Below are positions 62,630 through 64,000 of a stretch of DNA of 64,000 nucleotides, in pieces (position 1 is the stretch's first letter; the number at the start of each line of letters is the position of its first letter). Source of the DNA: Isurus oxyrinchus (taxonomy: Eukaryota); assembly GCA_026770705.1 (NCBI GenBank), contig JANJGN010000004.1, positions 158,782,001-158,846,000 of the forward strand, in the 5' to 3' direction. A program made the translations under genes and the position numbers. The notes under the pieces were generated by a model, which ran no database searches, was not told the DNA's origin, and worked only from the letters and a program-made list of their open reading frames with translations.

Positions 62630-63865
62630 ATGGGACTGCCTCCCAGGTGCCAGGGTAAAGGATATCATGGGACAGCTGGAGGGCACTCTGAAGGGAGAGG
62701 GTGTTGGGACCAATGGCAAAGGAAGAAAGGGAAATGAGGTCCTGCAAGCAGACTTTATGGAGTTAGGTAGGAAATTGAAAAACAGGACTTCAAAGGTAGC
62801 AATCTCCGGAATACTCCTGGTGCCATGCAATAGTGAGTATAGGAACAGAGGGATAGAGCAGATGAAGGCCTGGCTGGAGAGATGGTGCAGGAGGGAGGGC
62901 TTTAGATTCCTGGGGCATTGGGACTGCTTCTGGGGGAGGTGGGACCTGTACAGGTTGGACGGATTACATCTGAACAGGAACGGGACCAACATCTTTGCGG
63001 GAAGGTTTGCTAATGTTGTTAGGGTGGATTTAAACTAAATTGGCGGGGGGATGGGATCCTGAAAAGTAGTTCAGAGGGGAGAGAAGCTGAGGTGAAATTA
63101 GAAGTTGAAATGCCAGTAAATGAATCTGGAAGGCAGAGGAAACATAGGCTGGATAACAAAACAGTAAGTTTAGCAAGACTGAAGGAATATATTTTAATGC
63201 AAGGATCTTGAGGAATAAAACAGACAAGCTGAAGGCACAGATAGGCACGTGGGAGCATGATATAATACTATGACTGACACTTGGCTAAAAGAAGGGCAGG
63301 ATTGGCAGCTCAACATTTCTCGTTATAGGGTGTTCAGATGAGATAAAGAGGGGGTTAAAGGAGTGGGGGAGGCAGTCGCAATATTGATTAAGGAATCAAT
63401 TATAGCAGTGAGGAGGCATGATATCCTGGAAGGATCATCAAATGAGGCCTTATGAGTAGAAGTAAAAAAACACAAAAGGGGCAAACACACTGTTGTGTGC
63501 GTACTATAGGCCCCCAAACAGTCAGGGAGAGACAGAGGAACAAATATGTAATCAAATTTCAGAGAAGTGTAAGAATAATAAGGCAGTAATAGTAGAGGAT
63601 TTTAGGTACCCAAATATTAACTGGGATAGTTTCAGTGTACGAGGTAGGGAGGGAGCAAAATTTTTAAGTTGCATCCAGGAGAACGTTTTTAGCCAGTACG
63701 TAGAAAGCCTGATAAGGGTGGGGGACAGTTCTGGACCTAATATTGGAAATGAACCCAGGCAGGTGGAAGGCGTATCAGTAGGGGAGGATTTTGGAGATAG
63801 TGACCGCAACTCAGTTGGATTTAGGATAGTTATGGAAAAGGATAAGGTTGGGCCGGGAATAAAAG
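62630..63865 (+). mobile_element. CR1 LINE fragment (ORF1 esterase and endonuclease)
   Basis: WLERWCRREGFRFLGHW..DGLHLN and YYRPPNSQG..YPNINWD. Confidence 0.85.
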
Positions 63866-64000
63866 GAGGCCATTTGGCCCATCGTGTCCATGCCGGCCAA
63901 CAAAGCTCTGGCTACATTAATCCCATTTTCCCATTATGAATATTTAAATACTTCTTAAATGTTATAAGAGTTTTTGACTCAACCACCCTTTCAGGCAGTG

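Overview
Vertebrate genomic DNA, most likely a shark or other chondrichthyan, inferred from HE1-like and DeuSINE-like SINEs and HER1/CR1 LINEs. One intact protein-coding gene is present: a two-exon proteinase-activated receptor 1-like GPCR (F2R-like; exon 1 7218-7284, exon 2 11958-13177, 428 aa) with a CpG-rich promoter. A decayed PAR paralog lies about 5 kb upstream of it (680-1940). Most of the rest is nested transposon debris: CR1, HER1, RTE, L2, Penelope terminal repeats carrying minimal hammerhead ribozyme motifs, a solo LTR, SINEs, MITEs and three Harbinger elements. The most unusual structure is at 42697-49330: four head-to-tail ~1.62 kb 3' fragments of a Tx1/L1-clade retrotransposon, all truncated at the same codon, plus a 147 bp stub. 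The array has A-B-A-B-A' higher-order structure and sits just before the predicted stop codon of a Harbinger Myb/SANT gene; a second Harbinger copy in the window shows the empty site. All calls are by eye without database searches, and TE boundaries are approximate unless stated.
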